A DNA stretch of 62,672 nt, the filler included, from Choristocarpus tenellus KU-1152 (Eukaryota; Protista; Phaeophyceae), in NCBI GenBank assembly GCA_964200185.2. It is 9 parts of 9 records of this genome, joined end to end, with 100 filler letters (N's around TTAATTAATTAA, not from the genome) between each part and the next. Parts side by side here need not be neighbours in the genome. Positions count along the whole stretch, not along the records: positions 1 to 16,729 come from CAXNAD020000783.1; 8 more parts are not named here. One strand, written 5' to 3'. Under the pieces are notes generated by a model. It was not told the DNA's origin. It did not search any database and worked only from the letters and a program-made list of their open reading frames with translations. The translations under genes and the position numbers were made by a program. Positions 1 to 12,300 of the stretch are shown here, piece by piece. Position 1 is the first letter of the stretch. Each line of letters opens with the position of its first letter.

Positions 1-2376
1 GTGTAGATCCCCCCCCCCCCTCCCAGATACTTTGGGTCTCCAAACTATGTTGTGGATTATTGAAGTAAAGGAATGGCATACCAATAGATCTACACTTCAG
101 AAACTTCAACAAAACTGACACATAGAGGCTAATATTAGTGGTGAGTGAAGGTGATACGAAAATTTCTCCCCGAACATACCAGTAATATTCCCTATCACAG
201 CCACCTCATCATCAGCCAGTGCACCTGGTTCTGAAGGTCATCACCCTCCCCCTCCAGCGCAGTCCTTATTTGTTCAAGTTGACGCGCCTGCTCTTTCTCC
301 TCTTCCACCTGCACAGGTCAAAGGCATGGCCAGGGAGGGAGTGCAAGACTGTGAGTGGCATGTCTATCTCTAGCATTCTTCTAGTAGTAGTTGAGCGGAT
401 TGGCTGGGGAAAGGGTTTATTACTTGGAGTGCTATTGAGAATTGAGTCATCCGCATGAGATTCTAATGTTGTAGTTATTTTGTGTTTCATTTTTTTATGA
501 TATCTCTTTTTTTTATCTCGCTCGCGACTTACATACTTTATGCATCTATACTTCAAAGTTTATATATTCTGGGGGTTTTGTATGGATATCAAAAAGATGT
601 ACAAGTAGTCGAGTAATATAGAGGATGCAATGGTGACTTCGTGGGCAGTGAGATCATCATTCTGCATCATGTGACCGTGGCAACTGGTAAATCAGTCTGA
701 AAACTTACAGCTGAACCTATGGCTAGGTCCACTTGGTCGCTCATCCAGTAGAGCAGCCCACAGCGTATTTTTCGATGCACTCAGCACATTGTGACAAACC
801 TGCCCTTCCTGTCGACTACCTGAGATAATATAGCCTTTGTCACGACTCAGATGTTTGTTTTTATCCCACTGACAGCATTAGTGCCGAAACGTAAGTATTG
901 GTCAGTTGGGTGCATGTTTGGGCCCTCTTGGCTGTCCTTCAAGGAGAGTCATACTTAGGGTACACCTTTAAGTGCACCTGTGACAACATGTTAGGGCAAG
1001 TGTTGCCACAATATCTTCACTTAAAAAATGCTTTGAATACTGATGGATGTTTCATTGTCAGTTGGATACTGCTGGCAAACACCTCATTGTTGAGCACAAC
1101 ATGGTCAGGTAACAGTCAGTGCAACGTAATGTTTTCTCCTCTCGATCTTCTGAGGCCATTGCCCTAGGGCATCTCTTTGAATGCACCTATCAAAATTGCA
1201 ACAGCAAGGTTGATCTGGTGAATGTGAAAGAGATATAGATCAAATCTGCTACCACATTCCTTTTCATATTTTCTTGTATCTTAGCAAGTGTTACAATTAA
1301 TGAAGGTTAAGGATCCTCACCACCATTTAGTTGCCAAAGATGTCTTTAAACGTAACTTTGGATCTGTGTATAATAGATTCTCTTGCCCATTTTTCCAGGT
1401 CTGTTGCCCTCAAAATATCTTTGAGTGCACAACACAGACTGTAACAAATCTTTCTCCAGTGCATACCTATGAGATGCAACCTTCGCTATGTTGCTGATAC
1501 CATTGTCGTTTTTATTCTTGGAGTCTGCTTCACTGAACTCAACCATGAAAACCATAGTTCGATCCCGATCACCACTTTGGTGCACAAACGAGCAAAAACA
1601 CCCTGGCTACTACCTCATCAATGAGCTGGTCAGAAAGAGATAGCAACATTCTGGATATTATTCTCCAGAAAAGTATATCCAGAAAAGTATATCCAGAAGT
1701 CGGTTTGGAACAAGTGTTAACCAATACACACTGGGAAAAACACTCAGAAACGTATGTGGGATCTCAGCCAAATCTCCATTGCCAAATGACTTGAGAACTA
1801 TTTCGAACTCCAACAACTAATTATTCATTGGTAATAGAGTCACAGATCCGATTAGATGAATGTATATTTGGGACACTACAGCGGCTGTTTGCAAAATCGC
1901 CCCTGGGCATATCTTTTGGTGTGCTCACTGCAGTGTAACAAAGGCTATTGCTAAGGATGTCTAATGCAGCCTCACCCTCCCTACTCCGGAGTACAGACAT
2001 AGTCCTTGTGCCAAATGTAATTGAAATAAATTTGAGACAACTTGCTTTCTCCATTGTAAGATCCTAAGAGCAAGGCATGCATTCATGTGTTTCTCAAAGA
2101 CTTAGCTAGAATTTCATACAATGAACCTGTTGCACCTTTAGCAATGCTGATTGTGAGGTGGTCATGTAGAACCGCTGCATCAGCGAGTTCATGATTCTTC
2201 TCCATGCCTCACACCATTTTGTGCGTCCAAAGGTGGAAATTCTGTTCACTAGACATCCTGACATCCTGAACTACCGATGACTTCCTACTGAAAACGTCAA
2301 GAGGCACTCCGTTTTGGCTGTGATCTTCAACATGCAATCGCACTACCCTGCAGGGTTGACGAACTTGCAGGCATAC

Positions 2377-4950
2377 CTGATGCTCCAGTTGAGTGAGTTG
2401 CTGACAGAGAGAGCTATTTTCGACTCTTTCTCTCCCCACCTCAGCCTTCAAGCGCAGCAACTCCTCTTGAAGGCTTAAGTTTTCCTCTGCAAGTTTTGCA
2501 TGGCGAAAGTTGTATCCAAGTTCCCCCATTCACCATGGAAAAAAAAGCGACTTAGAGCGAGCAAGCTAGTGATGGATTTGAAGGAAACTGAAAGTTTTTA
2601 CAAGCTCTTGGACTGATTTCAAAATATTGAATAGAGAGAAGCACATATGTAACATTCGTAGTCATTGCAGCTCAGACACCATACACACTATAAGAAGTAC
2701 GGTATAGGGACAGACTGGGACAGCCTATCAAGTCACTGGAAGCCACATATTAGCTTAAATTGTTCTGGCAGGTTTCTGTACATTGGTTTTATTATATGAC
2801 TTGTCTACTGATGATATACCGTGTGTACGCTTATGGTGATGTGATTAGGCTCAATCTGGGGGGGGGGAGAGGTGTACACCTGGGTGTCCAATCGGACCCT
2901 ACCCAGGAGAAGCTCTCTTACATTATCCATCTCACTCATACAACAAAATTCACCCAAGAATCACAAAATGGACAAAAGGGGTCCAAATGGACAGCCATCA
3001 CCCCCTTCCCCAGATACTAGGATTCATTACTGCACACACAGAGACCAAGATAGATAGCCCCACCACCAGATGGTGGCTCAGTCAGGAGCAGGGAACAAAC
3101 CTTCCTGGTACAACCTTAAGGATAACCTTTTCTCTAGCAACAACAAGGAACATTGGAATCCTTAACAACATAGATTATGAGAGCAAGGACAAGTATAGGG
3201 ACAGTATTGACGATGTGAGTCGGTAGTTGCGGGCTTGATCACATACGTTTGGGCGAGAGTAAGTGCTGGAATAGAGATAAGAATCGGATATTAGGAGGAG
3301 GTTGGACTGGAGTTGGTTTACAAATTATGGGGTCAACCGAATCTCTACACTTAGGAACTACTTCTGGTCTACGTTCTTGGTGCATGGAGTTTGTCAAAGA
3401 GGGAGGAGTCAAAGTATCTTAGAGGATAGAGTCACGTCCATTTGGGGGCCAAAATCCAATGTTGCGATTTTGACGTAAATTTGGCTATTGTGTTTGTTAG
3501 GAACTATCAATATCCTTGTTTCGAACACACCTTTTCATAATGTATACATTTTACCACTCCGAAACATTTCAGAGTAGGAAAATGTCATAAACAATCCGTG
3601 GGAAGCCAAGCCCCACATGGACAAACAGGGCAATGTTCGTACCCTCTAAGATACTTTCACTCGAGGGTGTGTCCTAGTGAACATCTTTGAGGGATGAGAG
3701 ATATTTTGGGAAAGAGAGGGGGTAGATGGAAGAGAGTGGGGTTTTATGCCGCAGCTGGAAGAGAGCACAGGGGGTATAGTATGGAACTATACTATAAGTG
3801 TTGAGGTTAAAGGGACAGAGGAAGGGCGTTGCAGGGCGACAACAATCTCTTCACTCCAGGTTTCATATGATAGGCTGTACTATTGCTCAAAATGTAGCTT
3901 TCCGCCTTTACAATATCTCCCTTTACAATACCCCCTGCCCCCATAGTATGACTCAAGGAGATTCAATGCAGAGCAGCAAATTTCAGTGAACTGAACTTGT
4001 TTGTCCTGAGACAACATCCAGTCCACTGGGCTTGCAGCAATCATAGCAGTATGGGCTCGTGTAGGAAAGGGACATACTATGAATGTGCCAACAGTACAAA
4101 TCAATTGGTTGTTCTAGAACCACAGTGATGCTCTCACCCTCCACCTTGATAATCCTGGCAGATGCTGCCATCTTTTCTTGCTGTAGGCTATCCTTGGCGT
4201 CTTGGGTAGACTTCAGCCTCTTCTCCAGCGATTCCATCTTTTTTTCCAGAGATCGGATGGGTGATAGGTGAGGAAAAGCGGTCTCAATACTGAAGGAGTT
4301 ACTTCTCCGGCCATTTAACAACGTCATCCTCACACCAGTTTGACCCCCAGCACAGACATAAACTACATGAAACTGGCAGTTGACAACATCATTGTATATT
4401 CTGTACCTGCTGAGTCAACCACAGACCAGTTTTTCAGATTTGAAAGTCAAGATGATTCAGTATAAACTAATTTGTAGAATCGAAGTATATTGAGTATTGT
4501 AATCTAAAAAATTATTATTTTTTTGACCTTTTTTTTCTCACTGGGTGCTCACTCCGATTTTTTCTCCCCTACAGCGATTAGTACTCTCTCAAAGTCACTC
4601 GCCTCATGTGCTGCATGCATACTTAGGTTTACTCCAGTACATCCAATCCTTTTTAATCGGGTAATGACATACTCGAAATTTTTATAGACTCCAGAGAACT
4701 GTTTTGCCATTTGGTTGGAAGGGAAAAAAATTGTGCAAGGAAACGAGTTCCAGGGCCTGAACACTTTTTTCAAAGATATTGCGGCAAATAATTCCGATGC
4801 TAACCTGGTTGATTATGCTGGCACTCCTTCTTTCCTGCCTCTGGTTCTCAATCCGCCTCCATTCAGTTGCCTGGAGCAGGAGTCCATTCAACCCCCCGCT
4901 CATAGCACTCAGGAGCTCATCAGCATTTCTGACAGTCAACTGCCGATCTC
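2377..4950 (-). CDS. Three coiled-coil-encoding exons (4950-4805, 4237-4138, 2486-2377), probably the 3' continuation of the 6337-16156 gene
   Basis: GT-AG boundaries with matching phases give DRQLTVRNADELLSAMSGGLNGLLLQATEWRRIENQRQERRSASIINQ|MESLEKRLKSTQDAKDSLQQEKMAASARIIKVE|EENLSLQEELLRLKAEVGRERVENSSLCQQLTQLEHQ, a heptad-like charged sequence. The junction to the upstream exon and the stop codon were not resolved. Confidence 0.65.
2848..3018. mobile_element. Degenerate MITE family B copy
   Basis: Colinear with 21286-21459 (tacacc..gggtgtcca..cacccaagaatc..aaatggacagcc..cccagatac). Confidence 0.75.
3406..3662 (+). mobile_element. MITE family A (~257 bp, Sola2-like)
   Basis: TIRs GAGTCAAAGTATCTTAGAGG...CCCTCTAAGATACTTTCACTC; only a 3-bp gag duplication is visible. 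Confidence 0.9.
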
Positions 4951-6336
4951 CTGGTGTTGATCATATCAAACAGAGTATTTGGGATAAACTGTTTTAAAGA
5001 TCTCCAGGTTACCTTTCAACATACAGCAGGAACAGATGTAGTCTGCAGCTCTATGAAGCTATCTATACCCAGCCTTTTGCTGTGATAGAGCTGCCCAAGA
5101 CTACAATTCAAAGATGAGATTGGGGCTGAGGTGCCCCCAAGAGTAACAGAACTTCACCCAGCATCATAACTAGAACAGAAACACATCATTCTTGATTCAA
5201 AGCACAACGATTTGAGTACCAGTTGGAGTAAGGTCTGCAGCTACCTACAGTCCTACAATTTGAGGGGAGCAAATTCCTGTCTGAATTACATCTTCTGATT
5301 ACACTCACTTTCACATACTCTATGCTCCTGTGTCTACCATTTCAGCTGACATAAGTACTCCAGAATATGTGGAATTGAATAGTTCAATAATTTGGTTTGC
5401 CAACTTCTCACCATAGTGTGATGAAACATACCATTTCTTACAGTGTACAACTATTTGGCGGTTTTATTATCAAGGTGTATTCCCAAACACCACTCAGACA
5501 CACACACAAATATATACTTCAGAGTAAAAATACTAAATATGTACATGGATTGGCATCAGCAGAAACTGGGATGTTTGACAGTGTAGAAAAATGATGTTTG
5601 TATGGAATGTGGATGTCAGAACCAGAGTTTCACACAAATTATACTGTAGGATATATGCCCCCACAATGTTGTGCTATTGACTGGCAGAGTCCCAACTAAA
5701 GGATAGGTAGATGCGCCCTCCCCAAATCCCTGCTTTCAAGTACAACTATGAACGAAGTGTAGTTCAAGTGAAGGCAAAGATGTTGACTCCTTTATCCCTG
5801 CCAACCAAGAACCGCAGAAAGAACATGTTTCTGGTCAAGGAGTTAGGTCATGGCCAAGTTAGAAGGTAGGCAAATGTACGCTTCCACTGAGGAAAGATTC
5901 ACCACAAAGCACAAACTATAACTCATCAACCACGTACATATACTGGCTTCAAGAGATGCTAACATCTGAACAGGTAAGGTGCAGTGCACATCCAGTTACC
6001 ATGTCTCCTTGCCTTTGTTGTCGCGAGAGAGATCTATCCTATCCATTCTTTGACAGTAGCTCATGGAATAATATTCACTAGTGTCGGGATCCTCTCTCCT
6101 CAATGGGCATTTGTTTTTCTCACTATTGGCTGTTCAACAATTCTGGTTATTTTATCACTGACAAGTTAAAGCACTGTATAATACTAGCAAATTTTGTTGT
6201 TTTATTAACCTCGGTATGGGAAAAGGGTTAGACGGATCTTTAAAGAACTCTCATTAGTGATGGAATGTCTATCATCACAAAGACACAAGACAGCTTCACA
6301 CTCATGCAGCCATATTTTTTTTCCAAAAAAAGCTTT

Positions 6337-9300
6337 TCACGGCAACCCCCTCCCCCCCCCGTTGTCAACTTGGCACTGTTCATCCCTAGACCCACCAAGA
6401 TTGCTGTCCTTTCGCTGCTGCTTCTCTTCCGTGATATTAACACCAACCACCACACCCAACACAGTTGCTACTTCACCCTCACCACCTCCATCCCCACCAT
6501 CACCACTTTCACCACTTCCACCACTGACCCTGTCATTGCCCTTTGCAGTAGCTGTCAAACGTAAGAAATGACAGTGGACTGGAGGAAAGTTCATCGTCCA
6601 TGAGATTGACTTTTTGGCATCCTTCAGCAATCAAGAGGGACAGCAGAAGCAAGTGGTCGGTTCACGTACTTTTAGTCACTGTTTCAAGAATGTCTGGGCA
6701 GGGGGGGGGAGGAGGGTGCTCTTTAGAAGATATTCTTGAGCTAGAGGATATCATTGACACAATATTGATTTTATTTCAATTCGCATCTGGTTCCACAGTG
6801 TCCTGTCATGTATCATACAGAATCCATACATAAGTAAAGAATATCTATGGTACCAATGAGTAAATTAACTTGTCCTATTGCAAGGCTGACACAGACACAG
6901 ACACACACACATACACACACACATACACACACACACACACACGTGCACATAGCAACTTGCTTCACAAATCCCTAATCCCACCTTCACTTCCCCCCCAACA
7001 TGTATTCCTTTGCAAACATGCCAGTACTGCAAAGATCATACAAAAACAATGAACTCTTTGCGCACCTGCTGTTCAATCAATGGGCATGCTCTCCACGCCT
7101 TCCCATCATCACTGCACTCTATTGCCACCTGAAAAACTGTTGACCATATCATTCCCCTCTTTCCCAGACACTCCTGTCCCTTTTGTATGCCCTTCGTTTG
7201 CCTGGTTGCAAGGTCCACTACCTCCTTCCCGAGCATTTCATCCTCTCCACCATGTTCCCTCTCTCGACCTTCCTCCTCCTTTACCCCTCCCCCCCTCTCC
7301 CTTCCTAAAATGTCCTCTCGCTTTGCGGAATTAGAGGAGTGCGCTTTATGCCCATGTGCAACTAAAGCTAGGAGTTGCAGCAATCTAGAGGTCAATTTAG
7401 GGATAAGGCATAAGTGTGGGCTGAGTTAAGACCCTTGTTGCATGCCAGTGTATTGAGTAGAGATAAAGCGCATATGGTGGGGTGCGGTGGAAACATGCCA
7501 GGTTCAAGAGCTGAAGCGGCTTGTATGAATGGGAACTTTTAACCAATAGAGGAGAATTCAGGAATCAATGAGGAAACAATGAGGAAGCAGGGAGTAAATA
7601 CCATATCCCCACCCTGGAGCCCAATTTATAATTTTGGCACTTGTCACTGATCAAGTCTTGAGAACATGGTTTCAGCTCTTGCATGAAAGACTAACAAGAG
7701 TGAAACAATTGATGGCGTAGGAACAGTTCTAATGAAAGAAGCCCAACAGAGGTTTTGGAATAGGAAAATTCGTTTCAAGTGATCAAAGACATATGATTGA
7801 TGGATTCATGTTAGTGAGTGATTGCTAGCAGCGGAGAGGAGTCCTCTCTGTGGGGAAGAGGCTCACTCCTTCTTCCCCTCCCTGCATCCTTTCCAGCCCA
7901 GTGAGGAAAAATCAATATATATATATATATATACATGTTCAAGTGTTGGGAAACAACAGCTCCTGTAACAGTAATCTAATTATTTTTTGCATTTACTACT
8001 ATTTTTTGCATCATTTTTTCGTTTGTATCATGACAAAAGTATTATCATTATTACAGTTCTTATTGCTATCCCTCAATGGACTAGAAAGAGATCATTGAAG
8101 CAAGAGAAACTTCAGATTGGGGGTTGAAATGCAGAACGCAGCAGCCAGTAGACATCAGCTGCTCAGCTGATATCCCACAATCAGAAATACTCCACTGATG
8201 AACCCTAGATGCGGCGAAACTTGAATAATTCTCAGTAAAACCGTTTGAATAACTTACCTTGACTATAATAGATCTGGTTAGAAAATAGGAAAAGTGCAAT
8301 TGCTTCCTTTGGAACTCAACTGCTTCTTTATCTTCCCGTTGTGCATACAAGGAAGAAGAACACCATGCAAGTGGAATTTGATAGGCTGAGTTCTGTGTAT
8401 TCTCTAATCTCATACTGCATAGTACATGCTATGTGTGGTCAAATCACCCAGCAGCAAACCTTTCCTGCTTGGACACATTATACCTTTACATATCTGATCA
8501 CACACAGACAGAGAGAGTAAGATTAAGAGCGAGATACACATATAAACATGCAACAGGAGGGCAATGATTCATCCCGATTTTTCTTATGATATTGCCGCTC
8601 CTAGTGATCCTTACCTGTTCGTTTTTTGACATTCCTGCCCCAGGACAATGTCCGAACCCTTTGCTGGAGCTTCCGCTAGACCAAGCCCACTTGAAATTTC
8701 CAGGGCCATTCTGTCCATGAGTCTGACCTTCTCCTTCTTTGCTTGAAATCCACAATGAGTCGTGAATGATTGATATTACCAAAAGAGAGAGAGAAAGGAG
8801 AGAGTTATCATTAGAGTGATTACCCTGAGTAAGGGGGCTGAGGAGGTGACGCAAGGAGCCATATTTTTACCGAGAGTACAGTATAGGACATACATTCAGT
8901 AAATCGGACAAATTACCCAAGTTGTAAACATCTCAAGTTACAATTACTAATGACAGCACCACTCATTGGCATCAGGGATGGGGAAACAGGGGAGACAACT
9001 CTCCATAAGTATGAAGTATACTGAAGACGTATATTCCATGCTCTGTAGCACAAGTATGGACTGCTCCACTCCATGTCGTAGAGGAACAAATAATAGTCAC
9101 AAACGAGTCACCTTGGAGCTCGTCCCACCGAGATCCACTCATGAGGTCCTCAGCAAATCCAGTAGACACAGAAATGGTCATAAATAGGTCAAATAGGAAC
9201 CTGACGTGTGTTGAAAGGAGGTGGTGGAGGAATTATGGACGTAATGGGTTGGTTGTGGGAGTGTGGGCAGCACCTCGGGTGGTAAAGAGGGTGGGGGAGC

Positions 9301-12300
9301 TACTAAGAAAGGAAAGATAACACACAGTTTCAAGATTGAGTGTAAGGCACTGTGAATTCTCATCCTGGTCTAACAGAAGCACATTCTCATGGAGTGTTGA
9401 CTTCAAGTATTAGAAAGGATGCAACCATTACATTAGCAATCCTCTATACTACACAAACGTTAAATCTTAATGCTGTGAAGATAGACCTCAGCATCTTTAC
9501 CCATAATTCCAAATGCATCAAATGTGAAAATGCATCAATCTTGAGTACTGGGGAGTATGCATATACTCCTTGCCACATCTGGTATGACAAAATCACAGGG
9601 CGAAGATAACAATAACAATCACTTCTACTTCTCAACAACCGCAATGAACTGGACCACCACAGAAATACCCTTATGTCCCCCATACTTTGAAAATATTGGC
9701 ATGAAAAAGAACAAATGAAAAAGATGCATTCTGACCCTTTTATCAATAGTCTGTAGGAGAAAATACATGCTACTTCTCACTACATTTTACTCAACACATC
9801 TGCAAATATATTCCAAAGGCGAACTCCACGATCAGAAGGAGCTACAAGTCGTTCCTGGACAGAAGAGGGATCCTCACATTGAGTTATTCCTGCAGGCTTA
9901 CCACACGCATCTACAAGGTGATACTGTCCGTGCCTAAGGCATATCCCTCAGAATCACAGGGTTAATATCCTTTATTAAAGGAAGACAACTGCACAGAAGA
10001 ACAAAGCATTCAATATGCAAAGGCTTAAGAACAAACGTAATACATGTACTTGTGCACCTGACAGGAGGCCGAACAAGCAATTTCGATGGTGCAGTACTCT
10101 TTAGGATGACCCTCCAGTCAATTAACTCTCCAATCATTGCTTCTGTCCTCTCCGCAGAACCATTTGCATCCTCCACTCCCCAACCACACAACTCTAAGGG
10201 TTTTGGTGTATCCTCTTCTGTGTCAATCCTTGTCGCCTTTGTTTCCTCCACTTTAACTGAAGAGGTATCCATGGTCTCCATCCCATCTCTTCCTGCCTCA
10301 TTCCCTTTCATTTCTTGCTCTCCTTGACAAAGGCTATTAGATGGGGCATCTCGCAATGTGATGGAGGTCAGACAAAATGAGGAGCCCAGATCAACCTTCA
10401 CGACGATTGATGGAGCGGGTCAAATGGGTGGGGCAGGAGGGGGCCATGCATGCTAATGAGATATTGCATTTGTCCTAAGAGGGGAGTGCTAACCCTCTCT
10501 GCCTTAATGAAAAGGACTTTGTTGAATCACCACATAAAATTCATCGACATTTTTCAGTGTGAGGGGTTGTTATGCCCAGCTCTGCCAGCATTGCAGTAAA
10601 AATATAACATGCGCACACTTATTGGCAACAATGAAATTGCATGCTTGGGGCTTCTGAGAAATGCAGATCCCTCTATTGCAAGGTATACTTACTTCTTGCA
10701 ACAAACACAAAGCTCTTTATCTCCAGTAAATTTCCCGTAACATCTCACTCAACTATTTCTTCGGTACATATTAAAGGAAGTTGGGAATAGCATCCTGTCC
10801 TGTAGAGATTTGGGTAAAGTCAAATGATGGGAATGAGCCAAAGTACCTTAGAGGGTAGAGTCGCGTCCATTTGGGGGTCAAAATCCAAGGTTGCGATTTT
10901 GATGTAATTTCGGCTATCGCTTTTGTTAGGGAGCGTCAATATCTATGTTTCGGGCACACATTTTCATAACGTACACATTTTACCTATTCCTAAACATTTT
11001 GGAGTAGGAAAATGTCATAAAAAAAATGTGGGAAGCCAAGCCCCCAATGGACAAACAGAGCAAAACTCGTACCCTAACCCTAAGATACTTGCACTCGAAT
11101 TCAACAGTGGAAATATTGAGTGGAGGGGACTGCAAAAGTAGCCAAAGGAAAGATGGGAGAAGGGAGACAGAGTATCAAATGTCGAACTTGAGGGGTGTGG
11201 TATCTCCAGTCACTATTGGATTGAGAGGAGAGCTTATCTGATAGAGGGTTGTTGTTCACCTTCCTTCATCTTCCATGCTATAGACAGCTTCGAGGCATAT
11301 AGACTATGGATTCAACAAATCGAGTGTCACAATATTACAAGCTTATTGTAGAGGTCTAGAACAGAGCGTGTAGGAGAGAAAGCACGGAATAGAGTACTTG
11401 GGGAGCTAGCCCCCAAGATAGGTCAGGTCTCTTACCTAATAAGTCATTGTACTTGTAGGATAAGTGGTAGCAACTCCTCCAACAACCCGTATATTGTAAA
11501 AAAAAAAGCATGGCAATCAACCCCTTCTGGGTGCCTATCTATCACTCCATCTTTCCTAGAATCTCACACACACATTAACCTTCGGACCATATCGACGCTA
11601 CGCCGTTCACTTACCTCTAAGAAATAAGGTACCACTCCAGTGGGTTTCCCTTCACCAGTCAATGGCTCCATACCCTCCCACAGCAATTCCATAGTATCTC
11701 CCTCAGGCCCAGCTATCGTTTTTACATTTCCTTCCAAAGGTGAAGTTCTGAAAGAGCAACTGGACAAGTCCAGAGCTTGAGACCTGCCTACTGTTCCAGC
11801 TCCTGACCTTGTTCTCTCCAAAGGACCTACCCCAGCAACCATATCTACCCCATCCCCAGTCTCTGCCTTTACACCAACTTCTCCACATTCCATCACCAAC
11901 ACTGATGCTGTAGGTCCAGTCGGAAGCGCCAACTCTGCAGCGCCCAGAAGAGTTTGTAGTTGCATGTCTGCCTTAATCAATCCATCCAGAACTTCCCTAT
12001 ACTTTTCACCAAGGTCGACAGCAAAGTCTTCCACCCCATTCATCTTCCTCTCTTTCCCCTCCTCTTCAGTGTACACACTCCTAAGCAATTGGGGTGAGGA
12101 ATTGAATGAGGATGAAAGTACTGCCGCTCCAAGACCCCGAGAAACTAACCGTGCCAACCGGGTTATACCCCCTCTCCTCTCATTCTCTTCTTTCACTCCC
12201 TGAGGCTCCATATCTCTCGATCCTGAGCTCATTCTCCTGTCTGCCCGTGTAACCTTGGATTGTTCTATTGCTCGCAGTGGTGCCCCTGCCTCTATCTCAG

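Noticed and set aside
700-1620. Possible piggyBac-like transposase C-terminal remnant (RTMVFMVEFSEADS plus a Cys-containing tail, minus strand)
   Set aside because: Only one loose motif, many stops, and no TTAA/TIR found; too weak to call.
9934-10057. ORF tail CTSTCITFVLK... and the nearby 9444-9746 ORF as coding
   Set aside because: Splicing at 10058 to 9200 restores the PPVRFLFDL motif, so these stretches are intronic.
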